Below are positions 22,701-32,900 of a stretch of 64,000 nt of DNA, in pieces; position 1 is the first letter of the stretch, and each line of letters begins with the position of its first letter. The position numbers were made by a program, and so were the translations under genes. The notes below the pieces were generated by a model. It had not been told where the DNA came from, did no database searches, and worked only from the letters and a program-made list of their open reading frames with translations. The DNA comes from Monocercomonoides exilis PA203 (Eukaryota; Protista; Preaxostyla): contig LSRY02000015.1 of the NCBI GenBank assembly GCA_001643675.2, positions 124,001 through 188,000 on the forward strand, read 5' to 3'.

Positions 22701-24345
22701 TGTTGAAACAAGGGAAGAAGGAGCAGAAGTTGAGGTTGTGTTTAAAGGGAAGCTGCTTCTTCCTTGTAACTTGTCATTCATGGTTGTGAAGCAGATGGGC
22801 GATGAAAAGCAGATAGAGAAATTTGAGTTTGATAAGAGTGGATTTGTGTCTGAGACAGAAGTTGAAGGGAGACTGCCAAATGAAACGATAACAGAGGCAG
22901 GAGAAGGGGTGGAAGTGAGAGTGAGCATTCTGTTTGGAGATGCTGACAAGCAATCATCCACTGATTCTTTCATTGTAAAGAACAAAAGTGAGTCCAAGGT
23001 TAATGGAGATGAAAGGATTGTTGAAGGAGGAAAGGAAGGGAAATCGTATTGGCTGTTGATTGTTATTATCATGGCAATAATACTTTTGATTGTTCTCATT
23101 ATTGCAGTTGCATTTATTGTTCGGTGGAGGAAAGTCAAGAATGAAGCAGAAAATCTGAGAGAGATTGTGAACGATAACATCAGAAAGGATCCGAAGCTGA
23201 TCGAGATGGTGACGATGGAGATGTCACCTGAGGCACAGTGGAGGAGAGCAGAGAAGGAGGCAGAGAAGAAGAATGAAGAAAGAGTGAAGAAGAGAATATA
23301 TGATACGAATATGCAACATTCAGAGTCATCAGAGCATCTTCTCTCTGAGAGTGGCTCAACAGAATACATTCTGGGGAGAGATTCAGATAAGATTCCTGAT
23401 TGGGCATTGGAAAAGGTTGAGGAAGAAGAGATAAGGAAGAGAACACCATCACCATCAATTTCTTCAACATGTTCAACTGACTCAGATTCAACATTTGTTC
23501 GAGGAGAGGATCTGTGTCCAACCACCTCATCAATGTCGAATCTGGTGGATGCAATGGCATGTTCATCTCCTCATGAGAAGTTGATTGTGGATCTGAGGGA
23601 TTCGTTGTTCATGTTGCTTCATGGGCTGAATAAGACAAAGGAAATGCCGATTGGCACATTGAAAGAAAGAGAACAGACAGCTGCCCAGATCCTGTTCTGG
23701 GTGGCTAATCTCTCTCTTCACTCCTTTGATGAAATGGAAAACCCTCTTCAATCCCTTTTCAATCTGAGCCCTCACATTGTCTTGTTCTCTGAGCACATGG
23801 TGATCTGCATTGTGATGCATTCAGACTTATTGTCAGAAGATGATTCCGATTCCTCATCCATCTCATCATCAACTGTTGTCACATCCGCCAGTAATGATGA
23901 GGAAGACTCCCTTCCCTCATCAGCATTTGAGGATGAAGACAGTTTCAGAAAAGAGTGTCTGAGGTGGAAGGCACCTGAGCTGCTGATGAACAAGAAGATG
24001 GGAGCAACAAAGGAGTCAGTTGCCTTTTCGATTGGGATGATGCTGTGGGAGTGCCTGACCCTTCAAATCCCGTTTGGAGAGTATGAGGCTGAGGTGGCAG
24101 GGCAGAAGATAGTGAATGGGGAGAGGCCAAGCATGAAGGAAGCAGAAGAGTCGATGCTGTTGCCCATGGTTCTGTCGTGCCTGTCATCCGAATCTGAAAA
24201 GCGTCTGTCACTTCAAGGTCTGAAGCGCGAGTTCATCCAGCGATTTCCGGAAGGGGCAGTGATGCTCACGATGTCAGATGCAGTGATATATATCGAAGAC
24301 TCAGAACAAGATGGAAGCTGCCAGATAAGCACAACAGACAGATGA
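16708..24345 (+). CDS. 2545-aa single-pass membrane protein: signal peptide, Cys/Gly-rich right-handed beta-helix-like (PMP/pectin-lyase-like) ectodomain, TM, C-terminal degenerate TKL-like kinase domain
   Basis: Hydrophobic N-terminus; repeated GGA[IL]/FxxC/FxxNxA motifs; TM YWLLIVIIMAIILLIVLIIAVAFIV (~23047-23121); kinase C-lobe motifs RWKAPE, FSIGMMLWECLT, IPF, GERP. Intronless. Confidence 0.9.
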   Translation: MIMILFVLAECLCFYLCGTDTNDAQRIGHLIDHIPAQPESYILEQGSVVQLFCEIHNSSVELKEIMLENADDGVAFDVRAKSFLCLDDCLLMRKRGFNGHFVFNEGICEMMNTTLNIEKRNDNCGFMTSLVKMEGGDSSLLVRNSEWKNIVFCGGGSILRNGEGSFEGIKNCAFSNITMKFMETDEMPIEKVPKMKTSSMEDCQVESSKNVLEGGIVSGTEGSVAFSCNNCTFHHNERVDWRVGNTERNSTTQTQHFMNAEWNECSAECGGALYVHDNSSATLTVENSSFVKCNATSERGGGIFALNISECTVKHSSFIECYCVSSKDYGGAGAEISGITLQVLVENCLFKDGWSGNDAGGLEIMNSKADKTKDCVLSCSFINCSGHNSSNGGGGAYNGFHINITVIKNCLFQGCSSEWRGGGVCMFTNGHFGDLICYCFFDANAAPYGNDVAIQDNKVSSQVAHCFSTRTEGVRYYADGIDKSEWLPNNGGKCRFVASVQNQTKAKDTFSCGLNESCACLTISHCLSQMIVGLVEEMKVLSGTVVEGKGVDIGEKTIFVNGVSPAGSAIETQFEGNGLSLFCVGTGELGVSDLSVIHNTTLENNRRSRLFEVQGTGGINLERLNISMDADHSEERSIQNSLVKMEGGELKMKDVGWSQTFSTTSVMSLPQGSSVTLSLDNCTFNNILRTTAGSSLMNVGEGSHSITFEGCTLDGCGSKASEFGGGMMVEMGNVGSLSVSGGVVRNCYASTMQGRGGGIGLKVRDINANFQISSGFEGNRARWGSDIFVDSINLESTAKSGKITSLTASLDSFDKVRGYDNGNTSLAIPLCIYLLPTPEEIYVSNTEASDHSYCGIAQFPCLTMKHSLTRQTVEKKVFVSGMIMMSDELTFGEQKHEIRGNDEISGWIVSDSSETFNSAMITASVETELSKLIFSLPPSLSSHSTFISSFSQLALFRCFLSLQDHSSELTFLFLSVESETLTIESFSASSINLNGNPLISLSGSGTNTELMNIQWLNITKSNFTEIERRTGSGGCISIDNGHDENENAQVYIEECEFDGCSVLADGSRGGAINAKLKANIQMDITSCTFTGCTAPAGEGKTGFGGGMALKLIDDGSSFVISSPVFEADKPNVAKYGNNLFVDSSNLTKSITNTSLPFVSGHLDDISLNSMRGFDGNDTTNAIPLIYFWRAIGSEIFVGGDGRDMGACGFSDYPCLSIDYSQTRLTEGNERIISVIGKGILQKSVDVSGFSISSNNTDTCSLECLSSLEGAEGAAMKISGITSFELMKFVIPSSFASGVNYLMHVDSSDGLMILKDCSFTKNEESEEEMINFGLIKADEGTVVLEFVSMQSLSFSKDVISVLSSTILNLKNLTMKNVELDGASGLRISMGLRGENNEAEQNIIIEWSLFEEVTQNTTDDISIIRNDNDEPLKMVVRNTTMNKCGGLKCGKGGGMFCELNEGGSFDCSFCTISECFCSTTGRGGWLFLECTSVVEKPLNFVLSNITFKGNSAFRGRDVYVRCHSIDTQIVDDQFLLDFRTPFVKDLAIWGVTTDSFVGEEDLLLRVVKYQSETIFVSSATGNHGDSKQCGEFGMPCQSLNVGVQHIIPSRYSQLLVLEETIINGECDVHDVIIRSLESPSTALLHLNSTINIHEGNLITTSEKVRIESVKFNFDQSFSYSGSSIIHEASGQLSLLFVDFSSVGESNINQLVVFNSTLLSIGKGILHVDNCSISLLSFKKPSFLLNGVEINITNVKLEQIESTTNLFEFGNCGSAVLNGIDADGVKLSEGCIISIGSSNSGSVSVGSSSFKNCSRNSEGASVLSASSTSAQIVLSNCSCSDCNSLSSKGSMMEMNNAKDVLMDSCLFVGMLVKESENERKRNNAFEEICEWSGSLVHSINTTLMMKDATIFDASSGGLSVSSGNVKIEAGNFSNNNPSITKYPSLRRNIICSDSASLTISSLKGGDGLMPNSSLWILNDGCLFEGIVSERASPFFIPVLEGVETREEGAEVEVVFKGKLLLPCNLSFMVVKQMGDEKQIEKFEFDKSGFVSETEVEGRLPNETITEAGEGVEVRVSILFGDADKQSSTDSFIVKNKSESKVNGDERIVEGGKEGKSYWLLIVIIMAIILLIVLIIAVAFIVRWRKVKNEAENLREIVNDNIRKDPKLIEMVTMEMSPEAQWRRAEKEAEKKNEERVKKRIYDTNMQHSESSEHLLSESGSTEYILGRDSDKIPDWALEKVEEEEIRKRTPSPSISSTCSTDSDSTFVRGEDLCPTTSSMSNLVDAMACSSPHEKLIVDLRDSLFMLLHGLNKTKEMPIGTLKEREQTAAQILFWVANLSLHSFDEMENPLQSLFNLSPHIVLFSEHMVICIVMHSDLLSEDDSDSSSISSSTVVTSASNDEEDSLPSSAFEDEDSFRKECLRWKAPELLMNKKMGATKESVAFSIGMMLWECLTLQIPFGEYEAEVAGQKIVNGERPSMKEAEESMLLPMVLSCLSSESEKRLSLQGLKREFIQRFPEGAVMLTMSDAVIYIEDSEQDGSCQISTTDR

Positions 24346-25172
24346 GCGAAAACAAGGGGAAAAAAAAGGAAGAAATCAGCTCAAACAAAGGATCCATCAA
24401 ATGATAATCAGTCAAACAATTCAAAAAGCACTCAATCGAGCTGAGGAGGAAATGGAAAAAGGAAAAGAAGGCTTTTTGAAATCCTAAATCTTTGAAAGAT
24501 TTTGTATCTCCCCCTTTTGTGCTTTATTTGTGAAATCAGCAGCATCTTCCGCTGCTGTGCGTTCACTTTTGTTTGCATTTACATTTGCCTGAATTCTGTT
24601 TATCAATTTTTTTCTGTTTATTATTTATTAGAAATTGTTATATTTGAAGGAATCAGATGTTTTTGTGATATCGAGCTCTTTGTTCAATCATCATCAACTT
24701 TCATAATTTTAATTATCTGTTTTTAGTTGTTTCTCATCATTCCGCAGTTTTTTTTTGAAATTCTTTGCCAATCTCAATTTTGTTAAACCTGTTAATATTT
24801 TTGTATCAGTTATTTTTCTTGCTCTGCTTTTTTCATTCCACAGTTGTGGTGTTTTTTTCAGAATCGATGAACTTCACAAACATGTATATTCATCATTTTT
24901 TACATAATTGCATTTTGACTATTTATTTTTGCAATTTTTTGTATTCTTTAAAGCATCATCTTCTTTTAATGAACAAGAATTAGGCGATTATATTTGAAAG
25001 CAACAATCTTTTCATGATGTGGTTTCAAACTTTGTCACATTTCCATAAAAAACATAAATCATTTCAAATTGTTTGGGAAATTGAAGCATCCCAAATACAG
25101 TTATTAAAGATAAATGTTTGATGACAAGCTGAAAAATTGAAATTCACAATAAAAAAACATTTTTTATTTTGA

Positions 25173-25442
25173 TGGGACAAAATATATGACTTCAGGCATT
25201 TTCACTGAAAAATTTTGCATCTTTGATGAACTTCTTGTTATCAGAAAATCAGAAAAAAACGGGTTTATTTTCTGAAATACATGTGAGGTCACAAAACATG
25301 ATGTTATTATATCAACGATATTTGTTGACAGCAATGAAAATCATATTTATTTTGAAATCTGGTTGAGTTAAAAAATGTCATAAGTGAAACAATTTTTTCA
25401 TGCTTTGCGCATAAAAAGCTTGAAAGTCCTTATTTTCCCTCA
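25173..25442 (-). mobile_element. MITE copy (~270 bp), inverted homolog of 59126-59395
   Basis: Reverse-complement similarity along its length, e.g. GCATAAAAAGCTTGAAAGTCC vs GGACTTTCAAGCTTTTTATGC. Confidence 0.75.
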
Positions 25443-25899
25443 AATATTAAAAAAAATAATATGTGCTTGCGTCAGAATTATTATGTTGGAATTTTTTGAT
25501 CAAAAATGAATGTAAAAAAAGTATGATAACTTTGAAATGAACACAAAAAATTTCTATGTGAATAATTTGTAATTATTGAATAATTATTATAGAAAAAAAG
25601 AAAAACTCCATCAATTACTGGAATAATTGAATAATTTCTTGATATTTTTGACAGAAACAAAACCAGGAACATTGGTGTGTGGATAATGAACATTGAAAAA
25701 TATTTTGATTTAAAAAAACCTCTTTTGATATTTTTTTTTTGAAAGGAAAAGAACAATCAAATGAAACTAGGTTGTTTCATATTCCCAAATATAAAGATCG
25801 AAAGGAAGTCAAAAATCAAAAAATCAAACCAGAAAAAAAGTTTTATTGCAGAAAAAGAAAGTTGTTCACATCAGGAATAAATAATTTACAGATCATGAA

Positions 25900-27450
25900 T
25901 GTCACAATAGACTGAAAGCAAAAATAGAACTCCATTTCCTTTTAGAAATTAACTTTCTTTTCCTTTTCTCACGTTGTTGCAGTATCTCTTCTTCTGAAGT
26001 TTCAGATTGCATTTCTCGATCCTTTGGATTATCAGATTGTTCGATAGAAAAATTTTCGTGAACAACAATTTTTTCCATGATATTGAAAGTTGACGTTTTC
26101 AACAGGTACTATAATATTGGAACTTTTGTCCTTAACATAAGATAATTCCTTCACATCAGATATAGCAATATTTTGCTTTGTTTCTGAGCTGTTTAGCATG
26201 CTTTTCTTTTTTTTTCTAATTGCATGGAAAAGCTTTCGAAAAAAATATCTCCTGTTGTAAATTTCATGCTGACACTGCTTGAAAGTGAAGGATTGTTTGT
26301 TGCTTTTTCAGCCATCGAAGAGGCTTCAATGCTCTGCTGAAGACACTTTTATACAGCAGAAGGGTCAGATGGGAAAACTCAACATGCTTTGAATGGCTTT
26401 TTCACAATTTTTGGAGAGAGAGAGATATATTTAAACTGTTTTTGAAACAACCTGTATTTATGATTTCATGTAAGAAAAAATTGACGAATCAGAAGGAACC
26501 GAGAATGCACTTTTCAATTTGTCTTGAAAATAGTCAAATGTAAATCTGTCGAAAGGTTGTGAAAGAGGAGTGTAATGGGATTGAAGAATTGGAAGATAAT
26601 TATTGTGTTTTCTGCAACAAGACATTACCCTGCATCACAGTTAAGATGACTGAACACCGAGTTCAAAAAAGAGATAGAAAGATTTTCCATTCTGACTTAT
26701 TCGCTTCTCGCTAATTTTTGAGAAAATAATTATTGATTATTATTTATTCAAAATCATTTTTTTTCAGTCTGAAAGTCTAGTTTCGCAAAACAGTTTATCA
26801 GATGGAACTTCAAATTTTTGTGATCGTATAAAAGTATCTGAGATGGCCACAACATCACCTGACTCAGCGATATTTTATTCAAAAAGATTTTGAAAAAGAA
26901 TTTTGCATTTATTTATCATTGTGATTCAGGAAAGAAAACAGATTGAGTATCTTTCAAGAATGCAATTTTATCTTTTGACTTTTTCATGGAAATTTTGCTC
27001 TCATTAATATTTGATGATTAAATGAAAAGAAATCAAATAATCATAAATCACGCTTTTCAACAAAGAAAACGTATTTCTCATATATCCAATGGTTGAAGCT
27101 TTAAGTCCATTCAAAATAATGTTTGTTTGCATTTTCATTATTGACAGCGAACAATTTATTATGAACCTGCAAGTCCATTTTATGTTTATTTAGATTAACT
27201 TTAAGGATGGAACGCATTTCTTTTTTTTCTTTTTATTTTCATCATTTCATTTTCTGCCAATTGTCCAAAAAAGAAGATTAAATGCACAATATAGAAAACG
27301 AGGGCATAAGAGAAAAATAATACCTCTTTCAATTTAACGAAATTTTGAACAACAACAGCATAGTGATTATTAGCATAAAAAAAGCAGCACTTTTGGGTGG
27401 AGCAGTTTTTTGATTCTTGAATAAAAATTTCATCGTCAGAATTTTCTAAT
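25900..27450 (-). pseudogene. Highly decayed DDE_1 transposase related to the 51.6-52.8 kb copy
   Basis: Manual minus-strand translation gives NINESKI, QVMLWPSQ, SHYTPLSQPFDRFTF...AFSVPSDSS and IVKKPFKAC*VFP. These are collinear with IFNIDESS, IVLWPSA, HASYILQPLGKGVF and VIKKAF of the 52079 ORF. Confidence 0.65.
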
Positions 27451-27779
27451 CAATCCCATTATTAAATATTTATTTCTTCTTTTCAATTTTTTGTGCGAAG
27501 GCGGAAGAATTGAAGCTAGATTGTTGTATCTAATAATGCAATGCTTAGCGTGTCCTAAATGAAGTTTGCATTTGCAATATTTTTATTTCTTTTTATGTGT
27601 TTTTCGTTAAATATTTAACATTCACTAATTTGTCAATAATAATTCATATTATAATGTTAGAAATAAATTCATTTCTTTAACAAATGCAATACGAAATGTT
27701 TTGAATAATCTTTGACCTGTCTGCATCTGAAAATCATATATCACAAGTTGCTCGGAATAACATGGATAAGCTGCTTTTT

Positions 27780-28570
27780 TTGGTATTCACAATAAATATC
27801 TTTGGTCGCATTCACGATAAACAAAGTCAAAAACAGTTAAATTTCCATTTGTTACAAAGCTGGCTGATATTTCAATTTCAAAAACATGTAATTAACTTTT
27901 CATTTCTTGTTTTTTAAATACAAGTGCCTCGCAAATACTGGTGGAGATTCTGCTTGTTTTTTCACATTCAATTGACCTCCACAAAATAAACCAAGTCAAT
28001 TTTCTATCAATGATTGTCAGTTTATAAACAACAATCTGACTGCCTCTGCCAATTATGGAGTTGCCGCTATGTGTTTCCTTCCACCATATTCCTGGATGAA
28101 TAATGTGAGATTCATCATATTCTGCTTCTTCGATGACAAAACAGCAAAAAATGGCAGAGGATATGATGTGTTTTTCAATTGCGGCAGTGTCACTCAATCC
28201 CTATTCAATCAGTGCGGGTCAACAATAGAATCAAAAAGTGTGTGGAATAATGGAACTGCTGATGATGTTGAGTTCAACAAATGGCTCCCTCTCATAACAA
28301 CATTCAAAATCGTGACAAATAATGGAACAAACACCGATCTCTGCGGAATCGCACAACTCAGTCCACGTGAAACAATAGAATTCGCTCTTGTTCGCATGAC
28401 AGATACCCAAGACGCCTCCCTTACCCTCCTTTCCTCAACATTTGTTCCTCTTCAAACACTTGCCTTCAGTACGGCTGACACGAAAATCACCGGAAATTGT
28501 GCATCAACCTCTGTCAAAGATTATTCATGTTACGCACATAATCAAAATTCATTTGCTGAATCATTTTTTT
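27780..28570 (+). pseudogene. Fragment of a beta-helix surface-protein family gene
   Basis: FIIFCFFDDKTAKNGRGYDVFF…NNGTNTDLCG…TIEFAL parallels LICYCFFDANAAPYGNDV…FSCG…TISHCL in the 16708 protein. Frame is broken. Confidence 0.6.
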
Positions 28571-29211
28571 GATATCCTCCTCTTCTTTTTCCTGTTCTTA
28601 ACTTCGTTACTCATTGCATATTTTTCATTAGCACGCTTCTCCATCTTGTCTTGAAGCCAATTCTTCATTTGCTTCTTTCAAGTAGTATCAATCGTCCTCT
28701 TTTCAGCAAACTCAGCCTATCGCATTGTCTGGATTTTTTTCAACAAACTTTATTTCCTTTTCCTATTTCTCATCTGCATTATCATCCTCTCAATTTTCAT
28801 CTTCTTAACATCCTTCTTCTTCTTTTTCAAAGATGTCCTCCAGACAATTCGAGCTTGATGCGCATGATGTTCTGTATCCGTAATCCATCTCGAATGCTGC
28901 GATTGAACATGAAGGCGTCCATTTCGAGGTCTGAACAGGACTCGGGTCAAACTTCCTCCGGATGAAGAGATGCAATTTATTGAAACTGCACATCTGAATA
29001 ATTAGGCATATAAATGTGACGAAGAAGAAGGAAAGCGCTTATAGAAAAATGACAGAGAATGAAGAAACAGCGAGAAAAGAGAGATGAGCTGATTTACATG
29101 TGGGAAAAGCAGATGATTAAACCAGAGAACATATGGCAACAAAATAATCATGACATGCAGAAGGAAACTTTGTCTTCGTTGGAATTTCGTTTGTAAAAAC
29201 GACCGCAATTT

Positions 29212-29227
29212 CATTATCATTATCATT

Positions 29228-29304
<77 letters not shown>
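29212..29304 (+). repeat. (ATC)n microsatellite
   Basis: Direct observation; explains the spurious poly-M/D/I ORFs. Confidence 0.95.
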
Positions 29305-29305
<1 letters not shown>

Positions 29306-29942
29306 TGTTTTAAGTTCATGCATAATTCAGAAATCATTGGTAATTTAAAAAGAAAAAAATGAAAACTTCTATTGAGCCGATTCAAAATTTCGCTTTTTTT
29401 CCATCGAATTTTGAATGTTGCGGAATAAGGAACATATCTGGCTTGTTCGCTGCATCCAAAGTGTATTTGGAGTAGCTTAGTTAGCAACAAAAAAGTTTGC
29501 ACTATATACATTTATTCCTTTTGAAGTGTGACAACAAACAAATCTGTGAAAGCTGAAAACAAATTGAGAGTTGAACAAGTTGAAGTTATTTTTGAGGGAA
29601 ATTAGCGAATAACAATTTTTGATAACAATTTCAACCGATTCGTTTAATGTATTTTGAAATGTCATCGAAAATTCACTGAATATTATTTTGATTTCAAAAA
29701 ACATTGAACAATTGCATTTTCATTTTTTCATTTTTTTTTCGTGAACAGATGTTTTATCTTAAGCCTTTGCGGCACAAAAAATTTTTTCGTTTGTGTCGGT
29801 CGATTAAGTCGACTCGTGTCGGAATCAATTAATGAGTTAAAATTGTTTCACATAAATTTTTTCTTATCAAAATTTTTTAATATACAAACTTAACATTATT
29901 TCAATGGTATTCAGGAAAAAAACTTTTTTAAAAATTACCATA

Positions 29943-32900
29943 TGGGTGATTTTTTTTGATATCATAAAAAAAGATCAAAAACCGAAAAAATAAAATATTT
30001 TGTGGTATTTTTTGATCTAAGAGATAAATTGATTTTCGTAAGTATTTAGTTTTTTTTTCAGTGATGTATATATGTTTTATTAATTAATATAAAAAAAAGC
30101 ATACCTTTTTGATGTTTTTGTGGAAAAGTGTTTTTTTTGATCAAGTTTCACAAAAATATATAAAAAAAACAAAGAATAATCAAACTTTCAAAGGAAAATA
30201 AAAATGTCTAAACAAGTGAAACATAACTTAATGAGAAATAATTTTCAAACAACATTCATAATTAAACAAATACATAAAATTTTATTATTAAAAAGAAAAT
30301 CCTATGTGTTTTTTGTTAATCCAGCTAAAAATTCATTACCAAATTTCAGTTCCAGTCGTGCAGTTCAACGGACTCATCAAATGGAGATTGTGTTGAAAAG
30401 GAATCAATAATCAATGGGAACAACTGATTCAATCTCGTCACGTCTTTTTTTATTCTTCGAATAAAATGCTCTTCCCACTTCATTTTCAATTTACAGCTCC
30501 TCTTTCATCTGTTTCGAATCTGCTCATCAAAAATTTCCTCAGAAAATACCGATGATATTATTTGCTTATATTTCCAGTACTTTCTGCTCCGTTCTTCACA
30601 CGATGTTCATCAATTACTCTGGCAGCACTTGCATTTCTCCTCTTTAAACATATTTTACCAAAACATGAAGTTCAGCTGATTGAGTGCTCAAGTGTGGACA
30701 GAAGAGGAAGAAGAGATTTGTATTTTGTTAGCGACTCTCTTGAAGCTTCCGTGAACGAGCCTTCCTTCGCCTTCATGAGGTGCATCACTCAGAAAGACAA
30801 TTCGATTGTTGGGACATGACAGAACAGAAGCAATTGGTAATTGTGATGTTGAATTGTTTGTATTTCTCGACGGGCATTCAGTTGACAATGAATATGTAAA
30901 TGGCCATCTTGGCATCAAAGCAATGTCTTACTGGCTATCAAAGATGCCCTGAAAGAGGACACGCAATGCGATGTGTCTTCTGAAGAAGGTGCAGATCATA
31001 TGGCAGAAATCATTTCATGAGATGACTTGTAGGTGGATTGGTGCAAGTGACTGTAAAATCGAAGAAATTTGAAGAGGAGGCACAAAATTAAAATATATGA
31101 AATTGACTCAAAAACACTTTTGATGGATTAATCATCACATATCTGCTGTATATTTGGCTGTTTCATAGAATTTTCCATTTAATATGCCTTTTCAAATAAA
31201 TAAGTTTCGCTTATCGTTTCATCTTCTACATGTTTAAAGCATGTTGCATTGTAAAATCTGAAGAAACTCATCATTTCTATCACACTTCCTGTTTAATTAT
31301 TGCTTCAATATTCATTCGATTTCGTATGTCTTAATCAACCTCTAAACGCAAAATGCAGATTCAATGTCCTTTTCCACTACACTCCTGCTTATAGGCTTTT
31401 CTTTACGAATAATAGAATCGCTTCCATAATCATTAACTTTCATCTGATATTCTGCGATAACAATAGTATTTCTTTTGCGTTTCTGGAAGTTAATTGGATA
31501 CAGGGTTTCGAGAAGAATTTGAAGAAAATAGTTATATATTTGTTACTCATCGACGAATGTGTGGAAGTGGAAGAAGAAGAAGAAGAAGAAGAAAGAGAAA
31601 GGGAAGAAGGAAAAGGAGATGCATTTGATGACTGAAGTGTTTATTGATTAAATGAAATGGCTGAATTGTTAGAAGAACTCTGAAGTGTTTCAGTCTTTGA
31701 AATGGATTCTTTTGAAGTGCCATTTAGAGAATGAACTATTTGAGGTGCATACAGATGAATAATTAGTTGAAGGAGAAGAAGAAGCAAAAGAAGAAGTGAA
31801 AGAAGTTGATGCGTTTTCAAACGCAAATGTTGTAAAAGTTAATGGAGATTCTATGATTTGTTGATTAATCATTCTTCGAATTTCAATTACAGGTTGAAAA
31901 TCAAAACAAAGATTTAATAGTATCGAAACGTGTTTATTCTTCGTTTCTGCTCCTTTCAATTTCTCTTTTAAAAAACTCTCTTTCAAAACCTTTCCAATGT
32001 TTTTGTCAAATCCATATTCTTCTTCCTCCTCCTCCTCCTCTTCTTCTTCTTTCTCATTTTCGATGCATTTATCTGTCAGACGCATTGAACCCTTTTCATC
32101 TTTATCACACACAAGCTCATTTGTACTCCTCTTCTCTTCCTTCCCTTCCTTCCCCTCCTTCTCATCACCCACCCGAATCCCCTGGCTTGCTGTACATGTT
32201 GCGTGGTTCAGAAGGATGCTTTGTGGCTAAAATATACCCCCCATAGCTTTCATGTTGCTGCTTGCAAATACATTTGCATTGCTCAACTGTCCTTCACAAG
32301 AATCGTTCGAGGGATACCCAGCGAGAAGGAAGAAATGGAGGAAGGAGGAGAAGGAGGAAAAGGAGGAGAAGGAGGAGAAGAAGGAGGAGGGGAAGAAGAT
32401 ATGTTCAATAAAGAGACAGAGCTTGGGCTAATTATGTCTATGGACTTCTGTATAAGTGAAGAGGATTCGGTGGTGGAAGACGTAGAAGTGATGGGCTTCG
32501 GTAAAGAGTCAACATGAACAGAAGGGGCAGACAATTGTGTGCAGCAAGGGAGAAAAGGGAGGAGTGGCAAATGTTGAGGAGGCTGTGATGTTTTGAGTGT
32601 GCTATTGAACGAGTGAAATGTCTGCTGATGTTCATCTTCATTTTCATCACCTCCTTCTTCTCTTTCTCAATCTCTCCTCCTCCTTTCTGTTACTATCTGT
32701 GCAAGTCTTGTGTCGAAAGCGTCAATTTGAGATTTGCAAAACACGTCTTTCTCCTTCTTCTTCGTCTTCGCCTTTGGCTCTTCATGTTGTCTTCATTTCC
32801 TCTGCTCTGCCCTCAATTTGATTCTGAAATCAACCTTCTTTGCCTCTTCCATTTGAACTTGGACTCCTCTCTCTTCGCTTCTTGGCGGTGTCATAAAGCG

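Noticed and set aside
16854-24211. Antisense ORFs up to 379 aa inside the large gene
   Set aside because: Shadow ORFs of the coding strand with no independent motifs.
29002-29511. ORFs with poly-Met/Asp/Ile
   Set aside because: Artefacts of the (ATC)n microsatellite.
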